Part shown: positions 1 through 12,368 of the stretch, in pieces
Layout of the letters: each line of letters opens with the position of its first letter
How positions within the stretch are numbered: position 1 is the first letter of the stretch
Source of the DNA: Amoebidium appalachense
Taxonomy: Eukaryota > Protista > Ichthyosporea
NCBI GenBank assembly: GCA_963693365.1
Contig: CAVNZM010000003.1
Coordinates: 12,187,651 to 12,251,650 of the forward strand
DNA length: 64,000 nt
Reading direction: 5' to 3'
Translations under genes and position numbers: made by a program
Notes under the pieces: generated by a model
What the model was told of the DNA's origin: nothing
Databases searched by the model: none
What the model saw: the letters and a program-made list of their open reading frames with translations, nothing else

Positions 1-953
1 TGGGGACCATGGGCCTACAAATGAAGAACATGCGCACATGCAAGCACACCACTAGCATGGAAACATCCCCCCCCCCCCCCCCCCCCCCTCCCCCGCCCCG
101 CTCCCCCTTCTGCAACCATCACAGTAAGCGACAATCCTCCCCCCTCCCCCCTCCTCCTCCTCCTCCCCCGGAGAGGCAAAAAAAAAAAAAAAAAAAAATA
201 AAAGGGAAAAAAAGAAAAGACCCCACCCACCTTGTCCAAAAGCTCATCTGCCGGCAGACTCAACCTACACAGCATGGACCCCACCCCCCAGTAGTTCTGC
301 CCCAGCCACTTACTGCCCCTAAATTCAACCGGCATAGCCAGGTGTGTGTATCTCTGCTGCCCGGTAACCCCACTGGATGTGGACGGCTGGTCGGATTTAG
401 CAGGGGGGGTGGGGCTGGTTGGTCTTTGGGACGGGGTTTCTGTTGAGGTGCTGGGTTGGGGGCTGGGGGGTGCCTTAGGTGGGGTCTTAAGGGTGAACGG
501 GTGGTCGGATTTGGCAGCGCCGGTGGTGGTCTTGATGGGGAGGATATCCTCCAAGCTGGGGGGGTAATTGCAGTCAGAAACAGATTGGGGGGGGGGGGGG
601 GGGGGGGGGAGGGGGGGGGGGGGGGGCGGAGGGCGTTACAGACTACAAAGAACACATTCACGACGGGCATTGCAGAACACAGACGCTTAAGTTTTTCTTT
701 TTTCCCCACAGCTTTGAAGCGAGTCAAGATAGGGAGAGCAGGGAGAAGTGGCTAATATTAGATGCATGGCTGGGACGAGACCCTATATAAGGACACACAG
801 ACAGGCGGCTTTCCCCCCTCCTTACCACCCAAACACTCCGTCCCTGTGCCCCTTTTCCATGGCATCTTCACCTCGAAACCACGGCAACTGGCATACATCA
901 TCCACTTAGCCCGAAGCCCAATTCTGTGACTGGTTCTACTCCTTTTGCTATAC

Positions 954-1020
<67 letters not shown>

Positions 1021-2710
1021 CAACCCTTTCCAAGTGGCATCACCACAGAACTCAACAGAAGGAAAAAGGAAGGAAGAAGGCACCTAGCCCTCTCTATCTC
1101 CAAAATTTAGTGCTCTTCTCAACACACAAACAGCACACAAGCCCTCCACCTGAACAACCAAACAGAGCACAATAAACGTGACACAATAAACAGAGCTCAA
1201 TAAAAGAACACGATAAACAGCACACAATAAAAGAAAACAACAAAAGAAAACAATAAAAGAAAACCATAAACAGAACACAATAAAAGAACACCATAAAAGT
1301 AAACAATTAACAGAACAGAACACGATAAAAGAAAACAATGCACATGACACAAGAACAGACAACAATAAAAGAACGCAATTACAGACAACAATAAAAGAAC
1401 GCAATAAGCAGAACACAATAAAAGAAAACAATAAACAGAACACAATAAACAGGTCATAATAAACAGAGCACAAGAAAACAAAATGAACGAAGGAAGGAAG
1501 AAAGAAGAATCACCTAGCGCTTTCCATCTCCAAAGCCAGTGCCCTCCTCAGCTCACAGCACATATTCCATATATGGGCCACCACCAGGTCTGTGTCGGCA
1601 ACACCCTCCCCCCCGTCTTTCCTCAGCCCATCCATGTCTTCCTGTGTCAGTCGGAAGATGGCTGATGCTATGCCCGTCACACCAACCTTGACCTTACTGC
1701 GTGTGTGTGATAAGTGTTAGGGTAGAAGGACATACAAGTATTACATCCCTGGCCACCACAAAACAGATAAGAAAAAACACGAAACAAAAATAACGAAGAA
1801 AGGAAAACAAGGAAATGAACATAGAGCAAAAAAACAAACACTCTCAGCATATCACCACACCGCTGTAGTCACGAACTTGCACAGGCAAGCTGTGCATGCC
1901 ACGACAACAGGAGAGAGGGCATGGGATGGGGGGAGGGGGGGGGGGGGGAGGGAGGGGGAAAGAGGGGGGGAGGGGGGGGGGGGGGGGGGAGGGCTGTGTG
2001 TGTGTGTGTGCCTGGATGAAAGTGAAAGCAACAAGTCCTAACCACTATTGTATTTTTTGCTTGGCGTGCTGATGTAACGTGCTTCGATTTATCTGATCTG
2101 TGTGGTACCCTGTGTGCCCATGTCCCCCCCCCCCCCCCCCCCCCCCCTGCGTGCGCGAACGGAATAAACAACAATAATAATAACAACAACAATAACAACA
2201 ACAATAACAACAACAACAACAACAATAATAACAAAACAACCAAAGGATAAATATATAAAAAGGAGGGGGGAACTACATACGTCCAGAGTGTTCGCAGTGA
2301 CTGCTCCCTAACCTGCACGGGAATAGGTGGGGCCTTGAGGCTGGGCAGGGGCCCACTCTCCTCTTTCAAAATGTGGCGGAAGGGGGCTACGCGATCTAGA
2401 CTACCCTCACGGGGTACGGGCAGGCCGTTGTAATGTTTGCTCAGGAGCTCAAGAAACCCGGCTAGGCTGCGCCGGGGGGAGGGAGGGAGGGGGGGGGGGG
2501 GGGGGTTGGAGGGGGAGGGGGGAGGGGGGAGGGGAAGAATTAGTCGAGAGCAGATGGCAGGAGGTATGATAGGGGAGTCTAGTGCACCAATCATTCTCAA
2601 GGCATATGAGCTTGATGGCATGGCATGCATACATCAGGAGACCCAAAAACATCCAAATGAAACGACACACCGAGGAGGCGTGTGTGTGTGTGTGTGTGCT
2701 TGGGGTGGGT

Positions 2711-2752
<42 letters not shown>

Positions 2753-3139
2753 AAGAGAGCGTGACAGAGTACGTAGAACAGAGTGAAGACGAAGATCACA
2801 GTACTTTTTTTAAAAAAAAATTAAAACAAATGCAAAGAATATACATCATAAGCAATCCCATTCTATGGGAATGAGGAGGAGGAGCCGGGGGAGGGGGAGG
2901 GGGGAGGGAAGGGGAGGGGGGGAAGGGGGGGGGGGGGGGGGGGGGGAGTTTGAATGCGGAACACAGTACGAAGTACGCATACACGACGAGAAGCATGGTG
3001 CAGGACACATGCAAAGGCAAACATTCAAGTATGCAACATCAGCCATGCGCACAGTATGCGTCATACGCAGAGCCCATAATCAGGGAGGGCCGAAGCCATC
3101 AATTGCGTCTGAGTTTCGACCCCTTAGCCCGCGTATATA

Positions 3140-3171
<32 letters not shown>

Positions 3172-5404
3172 GGAGCTGTCTGAAATATGGGTTGGAATAA
3201 TGAGAATGAGACATCAAAAGACAAAACAGAAAACGTTGCAAAAATAAAACCCTAAAATAAAGGTGGCTGGGTGGTTGGGTGGGTGGATTGGGTTTTGGAA
3301 GAGGGGAAAAGGGGGGGGGGGGGGGGGGGGAGATAGTATTACCCTGTGTTATCCAACAGAGCAGCCAGGACACTAACCCCCAGCACGCACGAGGGCCTAG
3401 CCATGGCCAGGTTGGACTCATCACTGATAAAGTCGGTGCCGGCCCAGTCAAAGACTGTCAATTTGATGCGGCACACGGGGGTATTGGGGTTGTTGGTGGC
3501 ACCCTCAAACGACTTGACTTGGTCGATATACTTCTGCACTTGCGTCTGTGGTGTGTGTGTGTGTGGGTGTGTGGGTGTGTGTGGTGGTGGTGGTGGTGGT
3601 GGGGGGGGGGGGGGGGGGGGGAGGTGGGAGGGGAGGAAGGGGGGAGGGGTGAGGAGTGAGGGGGGGGGGGGGGGGGGAGGGAGGGGTTGAGGGGCTGAGA
3701 GGGGGGGGGGGGGTAAAAGTGTGTGCGTGTGTGTGTGTGCATGTGTGTGTGTGTGTGTGTGTGCGTGTGTATGTGTGTGTGTCTGTGTGTGTGTGTCTGT
3801 GTGTGTGTGTGTGTGGTTGTTAGCCTGTCGGCAAGGACGTGTGTTGGAGGACAAATGGTGGTACTCGGCCGGATCGTACTGAGGTCAAAGTAGAGTGTAG
3901 TGGCGGACAGTAGATGATTGCATCTCACTGGACTCTCAAATATGGCACAATCATTTGCATCGTTATCTCCCCCCCCCCCCCCCCCCCCCCCCATGTACAA
4001 ACACACACACATACACACATGCACACTGACACTCAGATGCCTTACCCCCCCCCCCCCCCCCCCCCCCCCCCACCCCAATCACCACCGCCAAAGCACCGAT
4101 CATAACCACACACCTACACACACACACACCCACCTATGCACATCCAACCCGTCCGTCCCCCCTTCCCTCTCCCCCCCCCCCCCCCCCCCCCCCCAAACAC
4201 ACACTCACCCACCCACCCACCCACCCACCCACCCACACACTTACACACGCCCACCCACCTTATCCGTGCACAGGTTCGGAATTGGCCACTGTTCCGACGT
4301 AGCCTGCTTCAGCAGCGTCTTGTCCTCCCTGGCACTGACTTTGCTCGTCTTGAGCAGTGCACCAAGGTCGTTGCAGTCGATGTACGGCACACCCTCTGCT
4401 AGTGCTTGTGAGTAATTATGTCGGTATTTCTCGATGGTGACGTCGTCGTGACGTAAAATTTATACCATATCCGGTATTTCCTAAAATGATCAATCTATAT
4501 ATGGTATCGTGACATATATCAGTGACATCATTGATGACGTCATTATTGAGTTAAGTGACATCATGTTCATAAGAACTATGTACGTCGTAAGCGGGAAAGG
4601 CTGACATAGACCTTAAACCAAAATCCATATCTACTTTTTTGGGCCCCAACCAAGGATCAGATGGAAGAGGCCCAGAATGACGGCACACTCTCGGTTGTGT
4701 GATAAGGATCGATAGATTCGAGAGCTTCACAAGACGCACCAGGCCCGGCCCATTTGAAATCCTTGATCGAATCAACCCCGATACGGTCCAAAATAATAGA
4801 TAGATACGGACCTTGCTTTAATGTCGGCATTTCTCGATGCCATGCATGGGGTTCTCCTTTAAACGCGATTTCCCAGAAATATATGGTAATCCCCAATCCA
4901 CACGTTTCCAATCACATCTTTTCTTGTGGCCAACACATCTTGCCAGATGATTTGGCTTACCATGACACATAACACCCAAGTCGCCTAAGCCCGCCAAACG
5001 TAGAAGCAGTGTAAGGAGAATGGATTGGAGGGGAAGGGGGGAGAGGGGAGGAAGGAAGACGGAGGAGAGGGCGGGGGAGGATGGGGGTTGGAGCAGAAGG
5101 AGGAGAAAAAGAAAGTGGGAAGGGGGGGGAGGGGGGGGGGGAGGGGGGGGGGGGGGGGGGGGAGGGAGGAAGCGGGGGGCAAGGGAGGGGGGGGGGGGGG
5201 GGGGGGAGGGACTACGACTAGATTTACACTCCATACAGAGGGGAAAGGGAAAGAACAAGCAGAGCAAACAAGGATGGGGAGGGAGGGAAGAGATACGCAC
5301 GGTCACCCTTCTTCTCCAAACGGCCGGCCAGAAAGGGGAACTGGCCCAGGGCGGTTTTGAGTGCATTGCGTAGCCTGCAGCAACAAGCGTCGGCCGGGTG
5401 ATCA

Positions 5405-5436
<32 letters not shown>

Positions 5437-6781
5437 AACAGCGCAATAAAAAACCCCTCTCTTTCTCAACAATCCCCCCTCCCCCCCCAAAAAAAACACA
5501 CCACCAGCGTGACCACCTCCCGTTTCATTCGTCCACGTACCAGTAACATGCCCTCCCAACCTCGCCCCATCCCCCCAGCCACTTAGCCACAGCCATCCAT
5601 CTACACACCCACCCGCCCACCTGCCCACTCGTCCGCCCACCTGCCCGGCCATCCACACTCACCTATACTTACTTCCCTCCGCATTCCTACCTCTCCGCCA
5701 TCCACCTGCCCACCCACACCTATTCATCCCTCTTAATTTTTTGGTTCCCCACCCTCCCCCCTTTCCCCCCAACCCCCCACACAACACACGCACGCACGCA
5801 CGCGTCCATCTCTTTACCCCCCCCCCCCCCCCCCCCCCCCCCTACCCCACCTGTCCGCATCAATGGGTGTCCCGCAGTACCACAGGGCCAGACTTGTGTC
5901 TCCGTCTTCCTCATGCAGAAGATCCACAACAGACAGCTCATATGCAGGCCCTATCGCCATACATAAATACTCAATATGAGGATATTTATAAAAGCCAATC
6001 ATGATCTGGGCCGATAGCCCGATGCGCCACTTTCCTCCCCTCCCCCCATTCCCCCCTTCCCTCCCCCCTTCCCCCCCCCCCCCAAATACACACACACCAA
6101 CAAAAAAAAAAGAAAAAGAAAGAAAAAAAGAAAAGAACAATACACACGTACACATGCGCGCGCACCCCTACAAGCCAACCATGATGGGCAGGTGCCTCCC
6201 GTGACCTATTAAGGCCCTGCAATAATTCCAACAAATTCTACCTGCATACTCATCTAGTCAAGCAAAAACTAAGAACCCCCCCCCCCCCCCCCCAAAAAAA
6301 AACCCCAAAAAAAAAAAAAAAAAAAAAAGGAGAGAAAAAAAAAAAGAAAAGAAGAGAAAGGAAAGGAAAAGAAAAATAACAATAATAGTAATAAATGAAA
6401 AAGGGGGAAGAAGGATAAGGAGAAGAAGAACGAAAGAAAGAAAAAAAGAGAAAAGAAGAAGGGAAAACCCCACAAACGCTACAACAAACAAGAAAGAAAA
6501 CGAAGACAAGGCGGTGCAAAATGCCTGTATGTGTGCATTTCAGCTGCCCGTGTCCTTGACCTTTGATAGTACATGCGCCCTTAAGCCTTACAAAACCCCA
6601 AAACTTCAATCTCGTAATTTTTTTGCATCCATACCCCCCCCCCCCCCCCCCCCCCGGGGGGGGGGGGGGGTCGTATACCTTTAGTGTCCAGGCTGCCTCG
6701 TATCAACACGGGGGGCTCTGGGCGCACAAAATACGACACAGGCTGGTGCGCCTGTGACGTGGGCACCCAGGAAAAGCTCAT
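1..6781 (-). CDS. Multi-exon BAHD/Transferase-family (CoA-dependent acyltransferase-like) gene, 3' end beyond window
   Basis: Hand-spliced exons join in phase: MSFSWVP..LDTK (from 6781); LSVVDLL..PIDADR (~5935-5852); LRNALKTALGQFPFLAGRL (~5373-5303); LAEGVPYIDCNDLGA (~4403-4258); CVLGVSVLAALLDNTG (~3545-3343); LAGFLELLSKHY (~2465-2283); IFRLTQEDMDGLRK..DTDLVVAHIW (~1665-1515); MPVEFRGSKWLGQNYWG (~340-230). These match the LSxxD, PxLAGRL and HxxxD-region motifs of the family. Boundaries approximate. Confidence 0.75.
1160..1475. repeat. Degenerate 13-14 bp minisatellite (consensus ~AA(C/A)AGA(G/A)CACAATA), intronic
   Basis: About 20 imperfect head-to-tail units visible directly. Confidence 0.8.
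2949..3141 (-). mobile_element. Family A (452-bp unit) partial copy, ~0.4 unit, flanked by G runs
   Basis: Matches 30835-31027 with a few substitutions; starts TTTGAATGCGG right after poly(G). Confidence 0.9.
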
Positions 6782-6808
6782 GCTAAGCGGGGGGGGGGAG
6801 GGGGAGGG

Positions 6809-6910
6809 TAGAATGAGAATGTGTTGTCCAGTACGTAGTGTACTTTACACAGTACAATGCAGAGTGCAACACACGCAAAGAGAATGCATCATAAGCAGAG
6901 CCCATCCTCC
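6809..6910 (-). mobile_element. Diverged third-family (C) 3'-end fragment related to families A/B
   Basis: Shares ATAAGCAGAGCCCATCCTC, AGTACG and ATGCAGA..AAAGAG.ATGCAT with family B; flanked by G runs. Confidence 0.6.
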
Positions 6911-7163
6911 CGAGGGTTGGGGGAGAAGGGGGGGGGATGCCGGGGGAAGGGGGAGGGGGGTGGGGGGAAGGGGGTCTACAAAAAAGGGGATACATCCCCT
7001 ACAAAAAGGGGGATAGGAGAGTTGGGGCGGGGAGGGGGTCCCTGTGTGTGTGTATGTGTGTGTGTGTGTGTGTTTGTGTTTGTGTATCTTAGGGGTTCCG
7101 GGGGGTTATATTAGAGGTGGTGGTGGTCGGGTGGGTTGGTGGGTGGGTGGCTGGCTGTCTGGG

Positions 7164-7199
<36 letters not shown>

Positions 7200-8281
7200 T
7201 GGAGACAGCGAGAGAACGAGTGCAAAAAAAAAAAAAAAAGCAACTTTTATCAGTGACTAATCCACAAGACCCGATCTCTGAACCCAGGGAATAAATGGCA
7301 GCAGGAGGATCACCCTCTTCCCCCCCTTCCACCCTGAAAAGGTGGCCGAAGGGTGGGGCAGGAGAGGAGGAGAGGGGAAGGGGGGGGGGGGGGGGGGGGG
7401 GAGAAAATGTTGGAGGGTTTGGAGAGCGGAGCAGGGGGCAGTGTGAGGAAGAGGGATAAGGTTGGGAGGGAAGGGGACGGGATGGGGGTGGGGGGGGGGG
7501 GGGGGGGAGGGGGGGCGGGGGGCTTTAATCCTGGACATCAGAGGCGATCACAGGAGGGAGGGAAGCATGAGGGGATGATGAAGACGAAGATCTATCACTG
7601 GGAGCATTAAGGCAGGTGTGTGTGTGTGTATGTCTGTTTGGATCTTTATCTATCTCTATCTCTGGCTCTTTCTCTTTCTTTCCTGTTCCTGTCTCTCTCT
7701 CTCTATCCCCCTCCCCTCCCTCCCCCCGCCCCTCCCCCCCTCTCTCTCTCCCCCCCCACCTTTCCCCCCGCCCTTTTCTCTGTTGTGTGTGTGGGTGTGT
7801 GTGTCTACGTGTGTCTGTGCGTGCGTGTGTATATCCATGCCGTCTCCAAACCACTCCCTCAAACCAGCCACAACCTACACACGTGTTCAACAGCTTTAGC
7901 ATTTCTTCTTGTGCTTGCTCCTTACTTCGATGTCCAGTGACCACACCAGATCTGCCCAGACCGTCTCTCGGACTCAACCGGCTCTGTACCGTGTCAGAAA
8001 TCTTAGTTGGGCTTCGACACAACTGATGTTATAAGTTTGATTAACCAGGTTTGTGTGAGATCCCTTCCCAATGGCATTAGAATTCTGAATTTGTACGTAC
8101 ATAGAAGCAAAGTGCCAAACTTGGACTAGAGCCTCTGTGTTCATAAACTGAACGGAGCCATGCAAGGCCTTGCCTCGACCGTCAAAAAAAAAAAAAGAAG
8201 AAGAGGAGAGTGTAGTCTAAATTCAGTACCTCAAGGGTGTATTTGCTGAATATTTGTCAGCATTTGTATGCTAATATGGCG

Positions 8282-8508
8282 CAGTTTAACCGGTCATGTA
8301 TCGCCAAATGTAGTTTGATAGACCACATAATACCGCAACACACACACGTCACATTCACAACAGACACCCAGAAAGATAGCCTACCTGTAAATTACAACAT
8401 CCTTGATTTTATACTAAACACGCGTAACTACGACCTGTTTATAAGATGTATTGATTGGCTTGAGAAACACATCACTACAAAATTATAGCGCACGCGCACA
8501 CACACACA

Positions 8509-8565
<57 letters not shown>

Positions 8566-8597
8566 CCAGCTGATACCGAGTGTCCCGAGGGGAGCCC

Positions 8598-8642
<45 letters not shown>

Positions 8643-8836
8643 GGGGAACCCCAACTAATTGATTTCTCCTTGTAGTCTTTATGGTGTCTCGTAGAGAAAG
8701 TAAACCCTGATATATAGTCACCACCCGACATCTATGTACGTGATCATGATATACCGCTGAGGGGATATTCCGAGCAACCCCCCCCCCCCCATACCTGAGA
8801 CTGGTTCTCTTTGCCTCGAGTAAACAGCGTAAACCC
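8282..8836 (+). mobile_element. Non-LTR retrotransposon, heavily 5'-truncated copy 1 (ORF C-terminus + 3' UTR)
   Basis: Near-identical reverse complement of 35025-35589 and 45288-45834. Confidence 0.9.
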
Positions 8837-8894
8837 TCATCTACATGGGGTTGGCTGATTACGTTATATGCAGCCGCGGGGCCGACCGTCGTTG

Positions 8895-8939
<45 letters not shown>

Positions 8940-9054
8940 ACACGCACACACGCCGACACACAAGTAATATACAGACACACAAACGTCACACACTTTTATC
9001 GATTATTTTAGGTGGGGTGAGGGGTTGGGGGAGGGGGTTGGAGGGGGAGGGGTT

Positions 9055-9104
<50 letters not shown>

Positions 9105-9367
9105 AGGGAGGGGGAGGGGGGAGGGGGGGGAGGGAGGGAGGGAGGAGGAGGGGAAGAGGGAGGGACTGAGAGCGCTAGCAGGCAGATCCCAAACAAACAT
9201 GGAAAGGCACGCTTGTCCGTTCTCTAATCCTTATGCACAGCGACCATAACCCACGCGACCCTAGTTGACAAAGGTATCCATGATCCAAGCAACTTATACA
9301 TTCATACAAGCCCACGACTTAGGCACTAGGCACACTCTTATGGTCAAATGCACACATAATTAACCCG

Positions 9368-9466
<99 letters not shown>

Positions 9467-10512
9467 CACACACACACACACATACACAGACATACACACA
9501 ACAAACACACACACACACGCGTCACGTGTACTCACACACATACACACACATTAGCACACGCACACACCCGCACACACTCGTACATGCACACACGCAGAGG
9601 CATGTTGATTAACAACAAGTCAAGAACACGTTCAACCTTACGTGGACACACAGACTGTACGTGCTGAACCGTTCTTGTTGGTATTGCCAAACCACACATC
9701 ATCACATCATCACAAATTCATATTCATATTCATGTGCACACAAATACGTCTGTCTCACAGGGATTTTTATGCATATGCATATGCTAATATAAACAGGCAA
9801 CGTCTCCGTTAAAAGGGCTTGAAATAACTACAGTATTAGGCATGCAAAAGTAGACCTGCATGGTGCGCGTACAGGTTTCCGGGACTGCGGACCCGCTACT
9901 ACTCCCCATTCTGCTGTCCCACCCATTGGCCAATTCCGAAAGTACGTAACGGTACAGTAGCCATGGTATGTCAGTGAACTACGCACTAATCTGTACTATA
10001 GCTACAGGTCGTATTATGCATAATCATTTAAATCTACTATGTAGTCAACTTATCTGACACAAAGCTTTCTAGAGCTCAGCCATGATAAACAGAGATCTAC
10101 TGGGTGGTGCCGACACATAGCACAAAAGGGCTATACATGTCAAGCAAGAGTGCCCACGAAAATGTCTTCCGACAACCTCACAGTCACAATGTCACTAGTA
10201 GCAGCCCCTTAGCTTGCAAGCACATGTTTCATGAAGTGCACAGCCTAGTCACCGGACAGACGCAACTATTATGCAAGTACACCGTGTACTCTGCTCTTTG
10301 CCCCATAAGGGCTTATTTTATTGCAACCAATAGGACTGGCTGGGCCGCTCTACAGCCCGTGATACTGCAACCAACCTGCGCGTAAAAGTCAGTAAGCACG
10401 GTTCATACATAACAGCATTCGGCAAATACATATAACTAAGAGAAATGTTTACCGCATGGAGCCTGCCAAAACATAGGCACCGATTAAACAATCAACCAAA
10501 AAACTTCAATCT

Positions 10513-11355
10513 CTAATCATCGGCCTTTTCGGCCTCGTCGTCATAGTGGCGGTGCTCGTGGCGATGGTGCTCGTGCTTCTCATCGTGGTGGCGGCCCTGG
10601 CCCTTCCACCAGCGAGGGCGCTGGAAGCGATCACCAAACAGAGCACGGAAAGGGCACGTTGTGTTGCGCAGCTCAATGCTGGAGCAGTCGGCGCCCGGGG
10701 TGTTGCAGAAACCGAGCTTGTAGCCGTGGGTCAAACCAAAGTGATAACCGAACACTTGAGCAATCTGAGCTGGGCCCTGCTCACCAGCCTCCTCAATTTC
10801 CTGCCAGAACGGGTTGTCCTTGCGCACGTCGAACGGGTTGCCGTTAAGGGGAATGGGGTTGGGCAGAACAGCTGTCTGTGAGTTCTTGAGCAGTTCCAGC
10901 GCCTGCTGGCCACCTGCAAGACGGCCTTCGTCGATACCTGCGCGCCAGCCACCCCGGAAGGCCATCTTTGCCCGGTGCATTTCATGGCCGAAAGCACCGA
11001 TATGGAGCACGGTAGACACTACCAGGAAAAGAACACCGAACACGATGGACACCTTGACGCACTTCTTAGCCAAATCGGAGAAGCGCTTAGCAGCAGCCGT
11101 GTTGCCGGCACGGTTAGCGACGTGTGTCTGGATGCTGAAGAAAAGTCCAGCAAGGCCTGCTGGGAGACAGCAGCACAGTGTGGCAAACACAGACGAGCCA
11201 CAGTGTGTCGGTGCCTCCTTCTCTGCCTCGACGGGAATAACGAAGACGGTGGGTGACGAGGCGGAAGGCGGGTATGCGTGCTCTTCATACTTGGGAAGAA
11301 CTGGCTCCTCTACAAGCTCACTCTGTGGGAGCTTCGTGTATTGCACGTCTGCCAT
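10513..11355 (-). CDS. CD225/dispanin (IFITM/PRRT-like) membrane protein with C-terminal extension, intronless, ~280 aa
   Basis: Motif SVFATLCCCLPAGLAGLFFS..NRAGNTAAAKRFSDLAKK followed by a TM helix; first ATG at 11355 (the ORF-track start at 11424 is TTG). Confidence 0.85.
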   Translation of the reverse strand: MADVQYTKLPQSELVEEPVLPKYEEHAYPPSASSPTVFVIPVEAEKEAPTHCGSSVFATLCCCLPAGLAGLFFSIQTHVANRAGNTAAAKRFSDLAKKCVKVSIVFGVLFLVVSTVLHIGAFGHEMHRAKMAFRGGWRAGIDEGRLAGGQQALELLKNSQTAVLPNPIPLNGNPFDVRKDNPFWQEIEEAGEQGPAQIAQVFGYHFGLTHGYKLGFCNTPGADCSSIELRNTTCPFRALFGDRFQRPRWWKGQGRHHDEKHEHHRHEHRHYDDEAEKADD

Positions 11356-11463
11356 GTTTGCGTGGTTAAGAACAAACCTAGAAACTAAAGTTTGGAGGAA
11401 ATGAAATGATTGGAACAGGAACAAGAGTTACGCGAATCTGGTGCTCATCAAGTCTGTGCTCCT

Positions 11464-11470
11464 ATTTTAT
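11464..11470 (-). promoter_or_regulatory. Putative TATA box (TATAAAA) of the CD225 gene
   Basis: TATAAAA on the minus strand ~110 bp upstream of the ATG. Confidence 0.45.
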
Positions 11471-12189
11471 AGGTCGGCCACGACTGGCCGAAATTAACAG
11501 TTGACAGAAATGGGGCAAATTGTTGGGATGATTTGGAAAGTTCGGGCCGGGGCACATAGCAAGAGAAAGTTCTCTTCTCACCTTCCTTGCATATAAGAAG
11601 AAATATTATATAAATATATATGAATTATTTTTTAAAAACATAAACTCAAGTAGTATATGACCTGTGTAGAGATTCTTGATCATGCCGCCCCGAGGAAAAT
11701 CGAGAAAAAAACAAGAGTGAATCATTTGATTGGCGCAAAGTGACGTAACGGGGAGTCAACCGTTTCCCCGGGAATCGCAGCCTGCAGGCTCGATTCCTTC
11801 GATCGGGTGCGATCCCAGCTGGTGTAATCCCAACTTCCACGGACACTTTTTTTTTTTTAGCGCGGTGTTTTTTTTTTTATACATTCGAGTGCATGCATGC
11901 AAGGAAGTTATCATATACACATGTTTTGGTCTGTATTTCTCGCACGTACGGGGAGGATTTAAGAAAATTAATAATGTTTAAAAGTGAGAGGAGTTGGAAA
12001 CACTACTACTGATGTGTCGTGCTTATTGGTTGCATTGAGTTGTACGGTTCAAGAGTTAGAATTGTCATGCAAGCATCATTGTAGGGATGTCAGGCTTACG
12101 TATGTTGCTAAGTAATAGAACACGGGGAGAATTTTCTTGTTAGTGGAACGTACTATAGTTTGGGGAACTAGGCGTTACAAGCACGTTGT

Positions 12190-12248
12190 CATATACAGAG
12201 ACACAGAACTTCACCGATATATACAGAGACACAGAACTTCACCGATAT
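12190..12248. repeat. 28-bp tandem duplication (ATATACAGAGACACAGAACTTCACCGAT x2)
   Basis: Seen directly, between the two divergently transcribed genes. Confidence 0.85.
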
Positions 12249-12368
12249 GGCCCACACTTCAGTGGCCACTCCCTCCCTCACTCTGGCTAGATAGCAAGCT
12301 GGTTACCATCGCCAGTTATGCTCTCAGCTGCATCTCTCTTAATTCTTTAGCTATTGGATTAAATAAAC

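Noticed and set aside
7880-8025. Possible extra minus-strand exon (..EQAQEEMLKLLNT)
   Set aside because: Could not be linked in phase to any gene model and has no recognisable homology
8700-8810. Group I intron S/R-like words (GATATATAGTC, GAGACTG) and telomerase-template-like TAAACCCT in the LINE tail
   Set aside because: The words are short and in the wrong order, with no P3-P6 or other supporting architecture visible
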